From assembly GCA_040285825.1 (NCBI GenBank), contig JAUPSS010000011.1:1065658-1129657 (forward strand): DNA of 64,000 nucleotides. Direction: 5' to 3'. How positions within the stretch are numbered: the stretch's first letter is position 1; every line of letters starts with the position of its first letter. A program made the position numbers and the translations under genes. Source of the DNA: Eukaryota sp. TZLM1-RC (taxonomy: Eukaryota; Protista; Metamonada: BaSk clade). Positions 1 to 12,524 of this stretch are shown piece after piece. The notes under the pieces are model-generated. The model searched no databases and had not been told where the DNA came from. It saw nothing but the letters and a program-made list of their open reading frames with translations.

Positions 1-45
1 GATTCTTTTTCTTGGCCAAGCCAAGTCTAACATCAAAATCCAAGC

Positions 46-1843
46 ATTGTAGGAATAGACTTGAAAATGCAAAAAACAATTCTATTTAACCAGAAAGTGG
101 AGTTCATTGTTTTACCAGACCTATTTAGTAACACTTTTTTAAAATTTTCCAAAAAGTGCAACCCCGAAGGTCCAATATTGCCAAAAAGAGAAATTGCAAA
201 CGGCACAAACTGATATTTTCACATGTTTCACTCTACCTAACTGTGCCAAAGGTTCTTCATATTTTTTTATCTTCTTTTTTTCGGCGTTAGATAACGGCGA
301 ATCAGCGGAATACAGTAAACGAGCAGCAGAATTTTTGCAAACATCAACTGAGACAACATCTACAACATTGATAACACCATCGATCCCTGGAGCTACTAAA
401 TCTGCCCTTCTTTTACCAAAGGAATCATCAGTTTGATCTGAAGACAGCTTACGTACTAGTGGCTCAATAAATGCCTCTATATTGAAACTTTTGCACATGG
501 CATATAATTGATCACGAACTGAGTCATGAACAATTGAGCGATAAGTTATAAAATACTTACAGTTTAAAATATGGGAAAGCGTAACAACACTCTTGCAGCG
601 ACAAATTAAATCATTTGGTATGAACAAGGCCATAGAAAACATCTCATTCTCATTGCAGTGGTCCATTGGTGATCATTGAGTAGAAGGCCATAAATGTTGG
701 GAATTTGGGAGATTAGGCAACTTGAACAACTGTCTTCAAGATCAATAAGTTTGCAAAAACGGGATTTTTTTTAGCCAAGCTAAGACGTACAATACAATCC
801 AAGTTTTCTAAAACTTTCAAGATTTTTTTCTGCAATTTTGCAAAAGTCAGTAGTAAGGAGAGCAAGCTTCTTGGAGGAAGTTCCACAATATCAGAGGGGA
901 AACATTTAGACCAAATATTGGGTGAAAGAGTTTCAATTGCCTGTTGCAAAGAAATAAGATAAGAGCTGCCACAATTTTCAATGAAATGAATTTTTTCAAG
1001 AAAACGATTCACAAATTCATAAATAAAATTCTTTCCACCTCCAATAAAGGCAGCTTTACAAAGGTAGCTTGATTTATGAAAATCAACACCACCAAAATTT
1101 GTACCACAAAAAATGTGGCTTCGTAACTGAGATGCATCAATTTCCAATAATTTTGCTACAAAATTGGTTCTTTGTTCAATAAAAATGCGACAAAACTCCA
1201 AAGAAATTGATGGTGATGTAGATCTCAAAATATGAGTAAATTTTCCAGAATAACAGATTTTTAGGAAAAAGAATTTCAAATGTTTCTCAATATTTAAATT
1301 TTCTATTGATTCTAATTCATTTCCAAATTGAGTCAACAGAGTCGAAAGTTGGCCTTTCACTTCATCAATATTTCCGAGATAACAACCCAAAAAACGAAAA
1401 CCAGACTGATCATAATTGATAAAGGGGACATTGACATCATTAATGAAAAAATCAATTGGTTCATGGCCGATAATCAAACATTTGGAGATATTCAATGAGA
1501 GACCATTATCTTCATAACGCTGTTGAATAAAAATTGCTATTTGTTTCAGAATTGTAATAGGAGCAATTACAGAAATGTCATCCATATATGCTACAATATC
1601 TATTTCTGGGAATTTTTCTTTCAATTCGCACATTAATGGATGAATTGCCAGACAAAAGAAAAAAGGACCAAGTGGATCACCTTGTTTAACACCTGAAGAC
1701 GAAAGCAGGTCAAAGTTTTCATAGACCAATGTGGATGATTTTCCATAAAATGAATAGAAAAAAGGCTCAACTTCAGGAAAATGCTTTCGCAGCAAAGGTA
1801 AAATGGAAGAACGAGATACAGAATTGAAAGCATTCTTAAAATC
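46..1843 (-). mobile_element. CRE-like non-LTR retrotransposon family A, truncated and frameshifted copy (RT 713-1795, CCHC + RLE ~46-700)
   Basis: RT motifs GVKQGDPLGP and AYMDD. Downstream are the CxC...HILNC zinc knuckle, HDSVRD, RRADL, VVDVVSV and KxxKY endonuclease motifs. Near-identical to 3000-4800. Confidence 0.9.
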
Positions 1844-2800
1844 ATTGTTATTGGAAAAAGATGTTTGTGAAAATCAGTCATCAGATTCTTCACTGTTTGT
1901 GACCACTGTTAATACGAAGATTTGGACTGTGTGTCAATAATGAAGCATTTGTTACAAAAATGAGATTATATTTGAATATCCTCATTGATGTGAATTCGAA
2001 CAGATACAAATTTCTTTTGATAATAACTGGTGAATGGGATTACTCAAATATAATCTCATTTTTGTTACAAACGCTTCATTAGTAGCACACAATCCAAATC
2101 TTCGTGGTACAATGGTTACAAAAAGTGAAGAATCTGAAACCTTGTTTTCACAAACATCCTTTTCCAATAACAATGAGTGAAGATCTTGATTTAAAACAGC
2201 CGAGCTGCAAATATTATTATAAAGATCATTTTCATACATTCCAGTCAATCGTTTCTGTAATGTTCAAAGGGCAAATTTTAAATTTAAGAAATTCTTTTCA
2301 GGAATATTTCCATTGAATGATTGGGGAAAGCATCGACTCCATTTTTCTACATCAATTTTTGAAATTTCTTCGTTTAATGCAAAAATAGTGGAACTTTGCG
2401 TTGTCATTAATAAATCTTCCCAATCGGCAAATCTTTCAGAAAACTCAATTTTTGCATTTATGCATCCACAAATAAAAGCACACGAAGAATTGAGGTTTTT
2501 GTCCAACCTAAACCGCCATAATGTGGACTAAGATAAGCATGTCCAGGTTTTTGGGTCATTTTACATCCTATTATTTGTGACAAAACTTTTGCACGTAATT
2601 CATTGTGATTCCGGGCCAAAGGCCTAGAGACAAAAGGATTTGTAGATCGAAATATACCATTGAAGTTGAAATTCAAACAAAGTATTATAATGGTAAATTT
2701 AATTTGTTTCTCTACCTCCAATTTCATCATTTGATCAATTTTCTCAGCAGTAGGTGATACGTTCAAAGAATTAATTGCAAACTCAATGACTGTAGGAGGT
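1842..2800 (-). mobile_element. Degenerate fragments of a diverged CRE-like family (E), including a ~135 bp inverted duplicate
   Basis: Broken frames give HAYLSPHYGGLGW, CAFICG, WSRCFP and PRRFGL...MRLYL...CIC, collinear with the RT thumb to CCHC region of family A. 1842-1980(+) is an inverted copy of 2038-2176(-). Confidence 0.7.
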
Positions 2801-2850
2801 AGATCAATCAAAATGAACAGCCAATGATGATCAGTGTTCATATTTTCTAA

Positions 2851-5294
2851 GTTTATTTTTTTTAGAAAACTGGAATATTTATTGAGATAAACAAAACCCA
2901 TCTAGAATTCAATATCCTCCAAACAAGCGTCACTATTACTGAACCTACTCACAGCATTACGTTCATATTCTACACCAATAGCTAAAAGTGCCTTTGAAAT
3001 CATTGTTGGAATAGACTTGAAAATGCAAAAAACAATTCTATTTAACCAGAAAGTGGAGTTCATTGTTTTACCAGACCTATTCAGTAACACTTTTTTTAAA
3101 ATTTTCAAAAAAGTGCAACCCTGAAGGTCCAATATTGCCAAAAAGAGAAACTGCAAACGGCACAAACTGATATTTCACATGTTCCACTCTACCTAACTGT
3201 GCCAAAGGTTCTTCATATTTTTTTATCTTCTTTTTTTCGGCGTTAGATAACGGCGAATCAGCGGAATACACTAAACGAGCAGCAGAATTTTTGCAAACAT
3301 CAACTGAGACAACATCTACAACATTGAGAACACCATTGATCCCTGGAGCTACTAAATCTGCCCTTCTTTTACCAAAGGAATAGTCAGTTTGATCTGAAGA
3401 CAGCTTACGTACTAGTGGCTCAATAAATGCCTCTATATTGAAACTTTTGCACATGGCATATAATTGATCACGAACTGAGTCATGAACAATTGAGCGATAA
3501 GTTATAAAATACTTACAGTTTAAAATATGGGAAAGCGTAACAACACTCTTGCAGCGACAATTTAAATCATTTGGTAAAGAACAAGGCTATAGAAAACATC
3601 TCATTCTCATTGAAGTGGACCATTGTTGATCATTAAGTAGAAGGCCGGAAATGTTGGGAATTTGGAAGATTAGGCAACTTGAGCAACTGGCTTCAAGATC
3701 AATAAGTTTGCAAAAACGGGATTTTTTTAGCCAAGCTAAGACGTACAATACAATCCAAGTTTTCTAAAACTTTCACGATTTTTTTCTGCAATTTTGCAAA
3801 AGTCAGTAGTAAGGAGAGCAAGCTTCTTGGAGGAAGTTCCACAATATCAGAGGGGAAACATTTAGACCAAATATTGGGTGAAAGAGTTTCAATCTCCTGT
3901 TGCAAAAAAATCAGATAAGAGGTGCCACAATTTTCAATGAGATCAATTTTTTCAGGAAAACGATTCACAAATTCATAAATAAAATTCTTTCCACCTCCAA
4001 TAAAGGCAGCTTTACAAAGGTAGCTTGATTTATGAAAATCAACACCACCAAAATTTGTACCACAAAAAATGTGGCTTCGTAACTGAGAAGCATCAATTTC
4101 CAATAATTTTGCTAAAAAATTGGTTCTTTGTTCATTAAAAATTCGACAAAACTCCAAAGAAATTGATGGTGATGTTGATCTCAAAATATGAGTAAATTTT
4201 CCAGAATAACAAATTTTTAGGAAAAAGAATTTCAAATGTTTCTCAATATTTAAATTTTCTATTGATTCTAATTCATTTCCAAATTGAGTCAACAGAGTCG
4301 AAAGTTGGCCTTTGACTTCTTCAAAATTTCCGAGATAACAACCCAAAAAACGAAAACCAGACTGATCATAATTGATAAAGGGGACATTGACATCATTAAT
4401 GAAAAAATCAATTGGTTCATGGCCAATAATCAAACATTTGGAGATATTAAATGAGAGACCAATATCTTCATAACGCTGTTGAATAAAAGTTGCTATTTGT
4501 TTGAGAATTGTAATAGGAGCAATTACAGAAATGTCATCCATATATGCTACAATATCTATTTCTGGGAATTTTTCTTTTAATTCGCACATTAATGGATGAA
4601 TTGCCAGACAAAAGAAAAAAGGACCAAGTGGATCGCCTTGTTTAACACCTGAAGACGAAAGCAGGTCAAAGTTTTCATAGACCAATGTGGATGATTTTCC
4701 GTAAAATGAATAGAAAAAAGGCTCAACTTCAGGAAAATGCTTTCGCAGCAAAGGTAAAATGGAAGAACGAGATACAGAATTGAAAGCATTCTTAAAATCT
4801 AAATTGAAGATGTAATTAGAATCACTAGAATTAAAAAACACATCCAACGAAAGAGCAGCAGAAGAAGCACCATCAATTGTCTTGATTCCAAATTGAAATG
4901 GACTGAAAAATTCTTTGGCTTTTTTCCCAATTCTGTTGAAAACAAGAGACGCAAGAATTCTTGAAAACGATTCTCCAATTGCAATTGGACGGATTTTGGA
5001 TTGACTTTTTTTGAGGGCAATTAAGCGAGCACTGGTCATCTCAAAAGGGACTTTAATTTTTAACGTAAGAAGATTGTTAAAAAAAAGAACAAGATCATCA
5101 GCAATTTCAGGACACTGTCCAACAGCTGATTTGATCATGTCAAAATTCAACAAAGATGGCCCAGGAGCTTTGCCAGTAGGCATTTGCTGAATCAGTTTCA
5201 ATACCTCTGAAGCATTGACAGGATTTTGCAGCCAATAATCAACTGAATCTGGTTTAGTACAATGAAAAAAGAAGTTTAATATGGCATTGTTCAT
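2851..5294 (-). mobile_element. CRE-like non-LTR retrotransposon family A, longest copy (RT ORF 3699-5294; RLE 2902-3700 with frameshifts; 3' UTR and A-tail)
   Basis: KAPGPS, LIALKK, RPIAIGE, QFG, LDFKNAFNSV, GVKQGDPLGP, AYMDD, FLG, then CCHC and RLE motifs. A-rich tail at ~2851-2870. Frameshifts fall in homopolymer runs. Confidence 0.93.
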
Positions 5295-5587
5295 TGAAAA
5301 TTGAACTTAACACTCCATAAATGTGTCGTTTCTTCTTTGTATTTCGTCATTTTTAAATTTGGAAATAATTGTCTTACGAATTTGGGTATTGTCAATCGAT
5401 TTCTTCAACCAATAGAGAATATTTCTCCAGCTTTTCAATAGGATTAAAGAACCGTTTCTAAATAAATCTTGTTTGTTTCATAGTTTTAACAAAAGTCACA
5501 AGCCAAGATCAACAGAAATTTGTAAAATAAGATATTTAATTATTTTTAATGAAGAAACAAAAAATTTATATACCGCCAAAAATATCT

Positions 5588-7473
5588 TTAAGCTACTCTA
5601 CAAAGTTGACCATGATTTCCTTGGTGTTCACCATTCTTAAGGGCGAACTTACCATTAACGATGACTGTATCAAAACCTACAGAATACTTGAATGGAGTAT
5701 TAAAACCAGCCTTTTGACGAACTAATTCTGGACGGAAGATCAACAAATCAGCATAGTAGTTTTCACGAATGTAACCGCGGTTAGGAATGCTGTGGATTTC
5801 CGCGTTCAAACCAGTCATCTTGTAAATGGCTGTCTGGAGATCAATAACATTACGTTCATAAACATGATGTTCAATGACTCTGGCAAAGGAACCAGAGGAT
5901 CTGGGGTGACCGAGAACAAGACCTCCATCTGAACAGATACCAACACGAGTATCCTTAATGAAAACATCTTGAATTTCGTCCTTCATTTCAAATAGAGCGT
6001 TGAGTTGCGCAGTTATTGGACCGATATCAATCATGACATCGAGCCAGTCCTTATGTTGAGCCCAAGGAATATCTGCCCATCTGTCGTTAGCTTCATAAAC
6101 ATCAGGCATGTCAGAGAGGTATTGTTGCATGGTGCCTCTTCCAAGGGGATCAGAAACAAAGAAGATCATGGATGCATCAAAAACAGTCTGGCCCTGGTCC
6201 TTGAGCACTACATTAGCTTCAAGATCATCACGCATCTGAACGTAGCATCCAGTAGTATCCAATTTACATTCTTCAAAAGTGTAAAATTCTTCTTCACCTT
6301 CAGCGCCTGTATAGGAGATATTATCACTTTCATATTGCGAATCAAAGAAATAACGAATGGTGGTTGCCCTAAAATCAAAAAGAAATAATAGACATACGAA
6401 GCAATCCAAGGGTAAACATCAGCATGGGCGGAGGGAATATCAAATGATCTAGGAGCATCAAAGATACGGTCCAATAAATCATGAGCAAGCTCGGCACCAC
6501 CAACAGCGGCAGCAATTTTGATATGAGTATGGGAGAACTTGCATTTGCCATGAGCAGCAACATCAATAAGTTCATTGGAAGACTCTTCAATTTCCCAGGC
6601 ATATTCACTAAAATAAGTGACACATACAACAATACATACCCTCTAACATGAGCAGTTAACAGTTTGTTGTACTGTCCAACAATTGGAGACAATTCTTTGA
6701 GCTCCTCGATACTAGAACTGGTGGCAGGGTAGTACTCCAATCCAAGAGAAAGGCCAAAGATCCTGTCATCCTTGAGATCTTCTTCAAGGAGATCCTTCAT
6801 CTTGGCAATTTCAGCATCAGTCAAATCCTCCTTTGATTCGTCATCCTGGAGAGCACGTTGGCGTAGAGAACCATGACCGGTCCACATTGCAATATTAACA
6901 CCAATCTTAGCCTTATCTAACTCATCAAGATACTTGATTAGGGACTTTTGGTAGGTCAGACTCTCATCATCAACGAGTAAATCAGGCGCAAATCCATCTC
7001 TGCCATAACATTTAGTGGTGATGCCGTCATGGAGAGCATGTAGCTGATTACGTTCATCCTTGTCCTCCAGGTTAGCCGACCAATGAGCGTGAGCATCAAT
7101 AAAACCTATAATAAGGGGTTGAAAAAAAAGGCATACCAGGGGTAACAATTTGACCAGTAGCATCAATTACCTCACCAATACGTAGGTTTTGGTGATGGAG
7201 CAGAGGATTGACGATTTGCCTAATCTTGCCATCCTTAATACATAGATCTAGAAGCTGAGGAGGAGTGGATAAAGAACCGTCATAAACAAGACCGTTCTGG
7301 ACAAACAAATCACAATGGTCACCGCGAAAAATGAAATAGGCGAGAACCGCAAGAACAACAATTCCCAAAGCAGCAATAGCAACATAGAGTATCTTTCGGT
7401 TTGACTTCAGTGAGTTGTAGAACTCTGCAGGAATAGAAACATTTGAGTGCATGGGATTAGCACTGGCTTGCAT
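5588..7473 (-). CDS. N-acyl-D-amino-acid deacylase (D-aminoacylase)-like amidohydrolase, ~597 aa, N-terminal membrane anchor; introns 7106-7136, 6608-6639, 6369-6397
   Basis: Removing three GTATG...TAG introns (31, 32, 29 nt) gives one open frame with VTPGFIDAHAH, GHGSLR, GLSLGLEYYP, HVRGE, DVYPWIASATT, SDGG...HPRSSGSFARV, AIYKMTG, RGYIRENYYADLLIF and VIVNGK. Hydrophobic ILYVAIAALGIVVLAVLAYFIF near the N-terminus. Confidence 0.88.
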
Positions 7474-7558
7474 TTCAAAGTCGATTGAGATATACAAAAT
7501 GGAAGTTTCCAAAATGTATTTCTGATCAATGATCAATATTACCGAATTTTTTAAGAAC

Positions 7559-9619
7559 TGAATCTTTATCTCGTTTGTTTGCCTTAATTATTTTCAACAG
7601 AATTGTAAAAAAGGCTGGTAAATTTTTGTTGCCAATGCAATTTGGTATTCAAACGATTGATGGAGCGTCCGTCGCTGCTCTGACATCAGACCTGTTTTTT
7701 AACTCCAAAGAAAACAATTTTATTTTCAATTTAGATTTTAGCAACGCTTTTAATAGTGTAAGAAGAAAAGCAATTTTTGAAGTAATTCAAAAACATTTCC
7801 CTGAACTATCGAGTTATTTCTATTTGTTTTACGGTAAACCCAGTGAATTAGTATATGATGTTTTTTCTCTCAAGTCTCCATCAGGAGTAAAACAAGGGGA
7901 TCCTTTAGGCCCATTATTATTTTGCATATCAATTCAAGAATCATTGATTGTTATTAATGAAAAATACCCTTCTCTAAAAATTGTAGGTTACACGGACGAT
8001 ATCTCACTTATCGGTCATTTTAGTTTTGTCCAAAAAGCTTCAAATAAATTTGCTGAACAATATGAAATCATTGGTCTTCACTTGAATCCTAAAAAATGTT
8101 TATTAATTGGTAATGATTTCAAAAAGTTTAAAATTAATAATTGTAAAATTCCTTTTACCAATTATTCACAAGAAGCTTTTCGTTTTCTAGGATGTTGGTT
8201 AGGAAATGTTGATAAAATTACTAAAAATCTTAACGAAATTTTTGCAAAACTTGGTAATGAGCTTCAATTAATTTCTGAATTAGAAATTGAAAAACATATT
8301 AAATTTTTTATTTTAAAAATTTGTTACTCCGGAAAAATTACTCACTTATTGAGGTCAACAGCACCTTCATTGTCTATCGATTTTTGCCGATCATTTAATC
8401 AACTTCGTGCAACTTTCTTTGCTTCCCTATTAGAAGTGAATCCTGAACTAATTCGAGCTCAATTGTTCTCTTCTTCACAATTCGGTGGTGGTGGCAAAAA
8501 TTTCATTTTTGAATTTCTTGATCGTTTCCCTGAATTTGCTCAGTCCATCATTTTCAAAATATTTGTATTACCTTGATGTTGCCATTAATAAAATTGCACC
8601 AGAAATTTGGTGTCAATGTTTTCCCGACTCAGTTCAAAAGGTTCCTCCACGAAATTTAGTTAATTTGAGGTATTGTGTGAAGAAGCTTCAACAAAAACTG
8701 ACAGAAATATTTGAAGGCTTGAATTATGAAGTACGTCTTGGCATGGCCAAAAAAATTCCGCTTTTGCAAGTTTTTTACTGGATGTTTGCGATAGTTCTGC
8801 TTCTTGTTTAATTAATCAAGTACCAAGAATCTATGGTTTGTTTCTCAATGACCCTTGCTTTTTATTATCTATGCGTCTTCGATCTTTTATTTGGCCTGAT
8901 GATCTTCCTCAGGGTTAATCTGTAAATGTGGAAAGTCTGTCACTCCAACCCATTTATTTAATTGTAATCGATTTATTACTTTTAGATCAAAAGTGCATGA
9001 TGCAGTGCGTGATCAGCTTTATTGTATGTTTAAATCTTACAAGAATGAATCTTTTTTAAAACCTTTGCTGTCAAATTTGGCTGATGAATCTGACAGAAAT
9101 TCTTTTGGTGAGAGCCGTGGTGATGTGCTAGTTCTCGGACTTGATGGATCAATGATCATTATTGATGTCAGATCTACTGATGTATCAAACAGCTCAAATG
9201 AAAAACTGGCACAATCGTTTAACTCACCTTTACGAAGAGCCGAAGAAGTGAAAATTATAAAGTATACAGAAAAAATCAATAATTTGAATTCCAACTCATA
9301 TACTCATTACATTCTTTGTCCTTTTGCTTTTTCTTTATTTGAAAGCTTGGGTAAACCTGCGCTATCTTTCTTGGACGATTTCTCATCTATTGTCATAAAT
9401 AGAACTGGAAGAATATTTGACCGAACCTTTTGGCAAAACAGAAATGTATTTTCTATTGTTAAGGGAATGCATAGTCTTTTTTTTAGCTCTTTGTTATCAC
9501 TATTAAAATTTTATGAAGAAAAAGCTGTAGGTAAGTTTTTTTTAGTAGATGTGGGTTATGAGGAGATTGATTTTTAGTTTTTTATAATTTTGTTTGAATA
9601 AAATTTGTATATGAAAAAA
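7559..9619 (+). mobile_element. CRE-like non-LTR retrotransposon family D, 5'-truncated and decayed (RT 7575-8576, RLE 8993-9577)
   Basis: QFG, LDFSNAFNSV, GVKQGDPLGP, GYTDD. CKC...HLFNC knuckle near 8920-8970, then HDAVRD, RGDV, IIDVRS and KxxKY. AATAAA and A-run after the stop. Confidence 0.9.
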
Positions 9620-9631
9620 TGTTCCGAAACT

Positions 9632-9786
9632 ACAACTCAAATTCCCTTTGTTTATGGACTTTTGTCAAAAAACAGCGAATGGCCTTTAAACATGTGTTTT
9701 CGTGGTTTTCTGTGGCCTAACAATTTGCCCAATCATTTAACTTGTAAATGTGGTAAACCTCTTTTGTTTACTCATCTTTTGAACTG
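9632..9786 (+). mobile_element. Short family C non-LTR fragment, interrupted by the Gypsy element
   Basis: Matches 35467-35620 (WPNNLPNHLTCKCGKPLLFTHLLNC) and stops abruptly at 9786. Confidence 0.8.
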
Positions 9787-9788
9787 CA

Positions 9789-11600
9789 TGATGCCTGTGG
9801 GCTAAAGTCAGACATATGAACAGAGAGAGAGAGTAATTTATCACGACGGGAAATGAGCTATAATGAATTTCAATACCATCACTAGTGAAGTCTCCATGAC
9901 AGAGCAATAAACATTAAGCTAATATACAAGAATAAATAGATAAGTCTAACTACACTCTAAAATAGTGTAAAAACTAACACTACTTCGTCCCCTCCTTTCG
10001 ACGATCTCCTCTGGCTCTTCTACGAGATCGTTTGCGAGTAGGTTGACTAGCGGGGGGTCGCGACTTATTAGTCTGGAGGAAGGCTTGGTAGGGCTTAGTG
10101 TTCTTAATGCGGTCGACAGGCTCATTGCCTCGTAAATCTTTCAGCTTATACGACTTGACACTCGTTACCATCCTGGCTGAGAACTTCCAATAAAAGATGT
10201 TCCTCAGTATCACCTGAGGCCACGATACGATGAAACTCATCATCAGTGGGCTTGCAGAATGGTATAATTTGCATTGTGAAATGCTAGCCTTAGATTCGAC
10301 ACCTGTGATTAAATTCTTTATTAATAAAGTTGATTTACTAGGTTTGTCGATGACCAGATATGGGCCCAGATAATTTTCATGTAATTTGAAGTTACTAGAT
10401 GATTTGAGGATTAAGCATCCAACTTCGAATAGCAAGTTACTCGTGCTTGGATTCTCCTCCGGCAGTTTCGATGTGTGGGTGATTTCTGCATTTTCTCGTT
10501 TTTCTTTCAATCGATTGAATTTAGATTGGATATCCAATATGAAAGGGACCTCAGTGGTAGCCTTTTTCATGGTGGAGAAAATTGATAAAGGATCAGCACT
10601 GGGACTGACGTCTGACCCAAACATAAGCTCGAATGGACTGAAACCTGTGACAGAGCTCTTAGAAGAATTCGTTAAGAGTTGTACGTAAGGTATGTATTCT
10701 GACCAGTTGTCATAGGCGTTAAAATCGATTAGGAGCTTTTTAAGATTTTGTAATATGACTCTATGACGTCGTTCAACTAGGCCATTTGATTGACTGAAAT
10801 TTGGAATACTGTTCGTCACATCGATAGAAAAGAATTCGCAGAATGATTTAAACACGTTGTTGGCGAATTCTGGGCCGTTGTCACTGTGAATGCTGTAGGG
10901 TATACCGAAGATTGCACACACACTCCAAGTCAAAGCGTCGGCTGTCAGCCTTGCGTTTGATTCTTTGAGGGGTACGAGTATTGTATACCGAGTGAAACTG
11001 TCCACGAAAACTAAGATGTACTTATTGGCCTCTTGATCTGGAGGAAGAGGACCAATAGTGTCCACGTTCAGTCTCGCGAAGGGTTTGTCAGCACAGAGAG
11101 ATCCGGTGGATGGAATGATAGATTTGGGGACAGGTGCCGTTTTCTGACATGATGGACAAGAACGCACGTGGTTCTTCATATCATCAGTCATACTGGGCCA
11201 GTAGTAGTCGCTAGAGGATAGCCTGCGTAAACTCTCAGACATACTAAAATGACCGCCTGATACATAACCATGTATGATCAAGAGCGTGTCGTTGATGAGT
11301 GATGACGGGATGATGATCTTGCCTGATTGGTTAACGTAGAGGTCAAGATGATTGACGGAACAGTTATTAAATGAACGTTCGTGAGCTGCAACAGCTTGTC
11401 TTTGCTCTGAACGGATTCTACTCAACCAAGGATCGAACATGGGGATTGCAAATGCACATTTCTCTTTTGAAATGAGGATTTTGTGGGTATCCCGAAGGTC
11501 GTCTGGATCTGGAAGAGCAGAGTCATCTGATGGATTACAGTTTCTGATATAATAGATTGGGTGAAACGGTTCATAGGTGATCTCGCTCGCTGATGAATGA
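9789..11600 (-). mobile_element. Ty3/Gypsy LTR retrotransposon 3' part: integrase ORF 9980-11440, putative PPT and ~190 bp 3' LTR (9789-9979)
   Basis: HG...GH...CPSCQ zinc finger; NVDTIGPLP, VDSFTRY, SDNGPEF and SNGLVER (DDE core); GPY motif. Purine tract AAAGGAGGGGACGAAG precedes a TG...CA-bounded segment. The LTR call is tentative. Confidence 0.88.
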
Positions 11601-11719
11601 TAGTTCTTAGTTCTTAGTTGGATAGTTGGATACTTAGGTTATAAATTTTTTATTGGTATTTGTTGAATAAACGAGTGAATATGAAAAAAAATTGAATCAT
11701 TAAAGCTTAATTAAATTAT

Positions 11720-11820
11720 AGGTTCGGTTCAGGTTCAAAGATCAGTAGGTTCAGGTTCGGTTCAGGTTCAAAGATCAGTAGGTTCGGTTTTTGAACCGAA
11801 CCGAACCTTGAACAGTCCTA
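11720..11820. repeat. DNA-transposon-like terminus: 2 x 33 bp direct repeat of GGTTC motifs, GGTTCGGTT/AACCGAACC hairpin, ending CAGTCCTA
   Basis: Repeats at 11720-11752 and 11753-11785; hairpin 11781-11802. The reverse-complement end TAGGACTG resembles hAT TIR starts (TAGGG/CAGGG). Confidence 0.6.
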
Positions 11821-11821
11821 T

Positions 11822-12524
11822 GAAACGGAAATGGTGTTCTGGGCCATCAACCCCAACCATTCAAATTTATGTGGTTCCAGCATTGGAACACGTTCAGGGC
11901 CGACCGTATCCAAATCTTTTTGGCACCAAAGCAACAAAAAATCAGTCATCAAAAGATGTTTATGACGTGCAGAAATTGAACCATTATCTGCTTGAAGTAT
12001 CAACTATTAGTGACTGTAAGGACTATGAAGGTAATAACGTAAGACGATCATTGCTAAATCAACAATTATATCTGAGTGCTCGAAAAGCATTGAAGAGAAA
12101 TACATTTGACTTCTTTATAAGAAAACAGAAAAGATTCAGCTCAATTATCAACAAAGTGAAAAAATTTGCAGACGGTCGAGAAGTAAAGGTGTGGTTTGGT
12201 AATGGAGGTGGTACATCACGTCAAAAAGTGGAAACTCCACGCAAGACGTTTCTCAAGTTGTTACAATGTTCATTTACTAAATTCAAGATCAGAGATGAAT
12301 ACATGACATCTGCAAAGGTGAACTGCTGCAAGATGCTACACCAAAAAATCTATCGAGAAGTTGATGGTGAAGTTAAAGTTCACAAAGCCTATTTCAGTTG
12401 TCCGGAATGTAATCAAGTTTGGTCTAAAAACATTTCTGTATCACTAAATCAGCTAGAAATTGCAATTAGTGAGCACTACTATGGAACAAAACCAGAAGCG
12501 TCCCAGAGACCACAAAGAAACTAG
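11822..12524 (+). pseudogene. Fanzor1/TnpB-like RNA-guided nuclease, C-terminal RuvC-zinc finger half; N-terminally truncated, one frameshift, D-to-N at RuvC-I and RuvC-III
   Basis: Frame starting 11822 gives FWAINPNHSNL (RuvC-I-like, cf. xDPG). The ORF frame gives F.FFIRKQKR, VKVWFGNG, P.K.FL..L, IRDEYMTS...CC, CPEC..VWSKNISVSLN (cf. RDxNAxxN) and G.KP...R, in Fanzor1 order. Confidence 0.8.

Noticed and set aside
11720-11820. CRISPR array or telomeric repeat
   Set aside because: No unique spacers, and no homogeneous TTAGGG-like tract here or elsewhere in the window.
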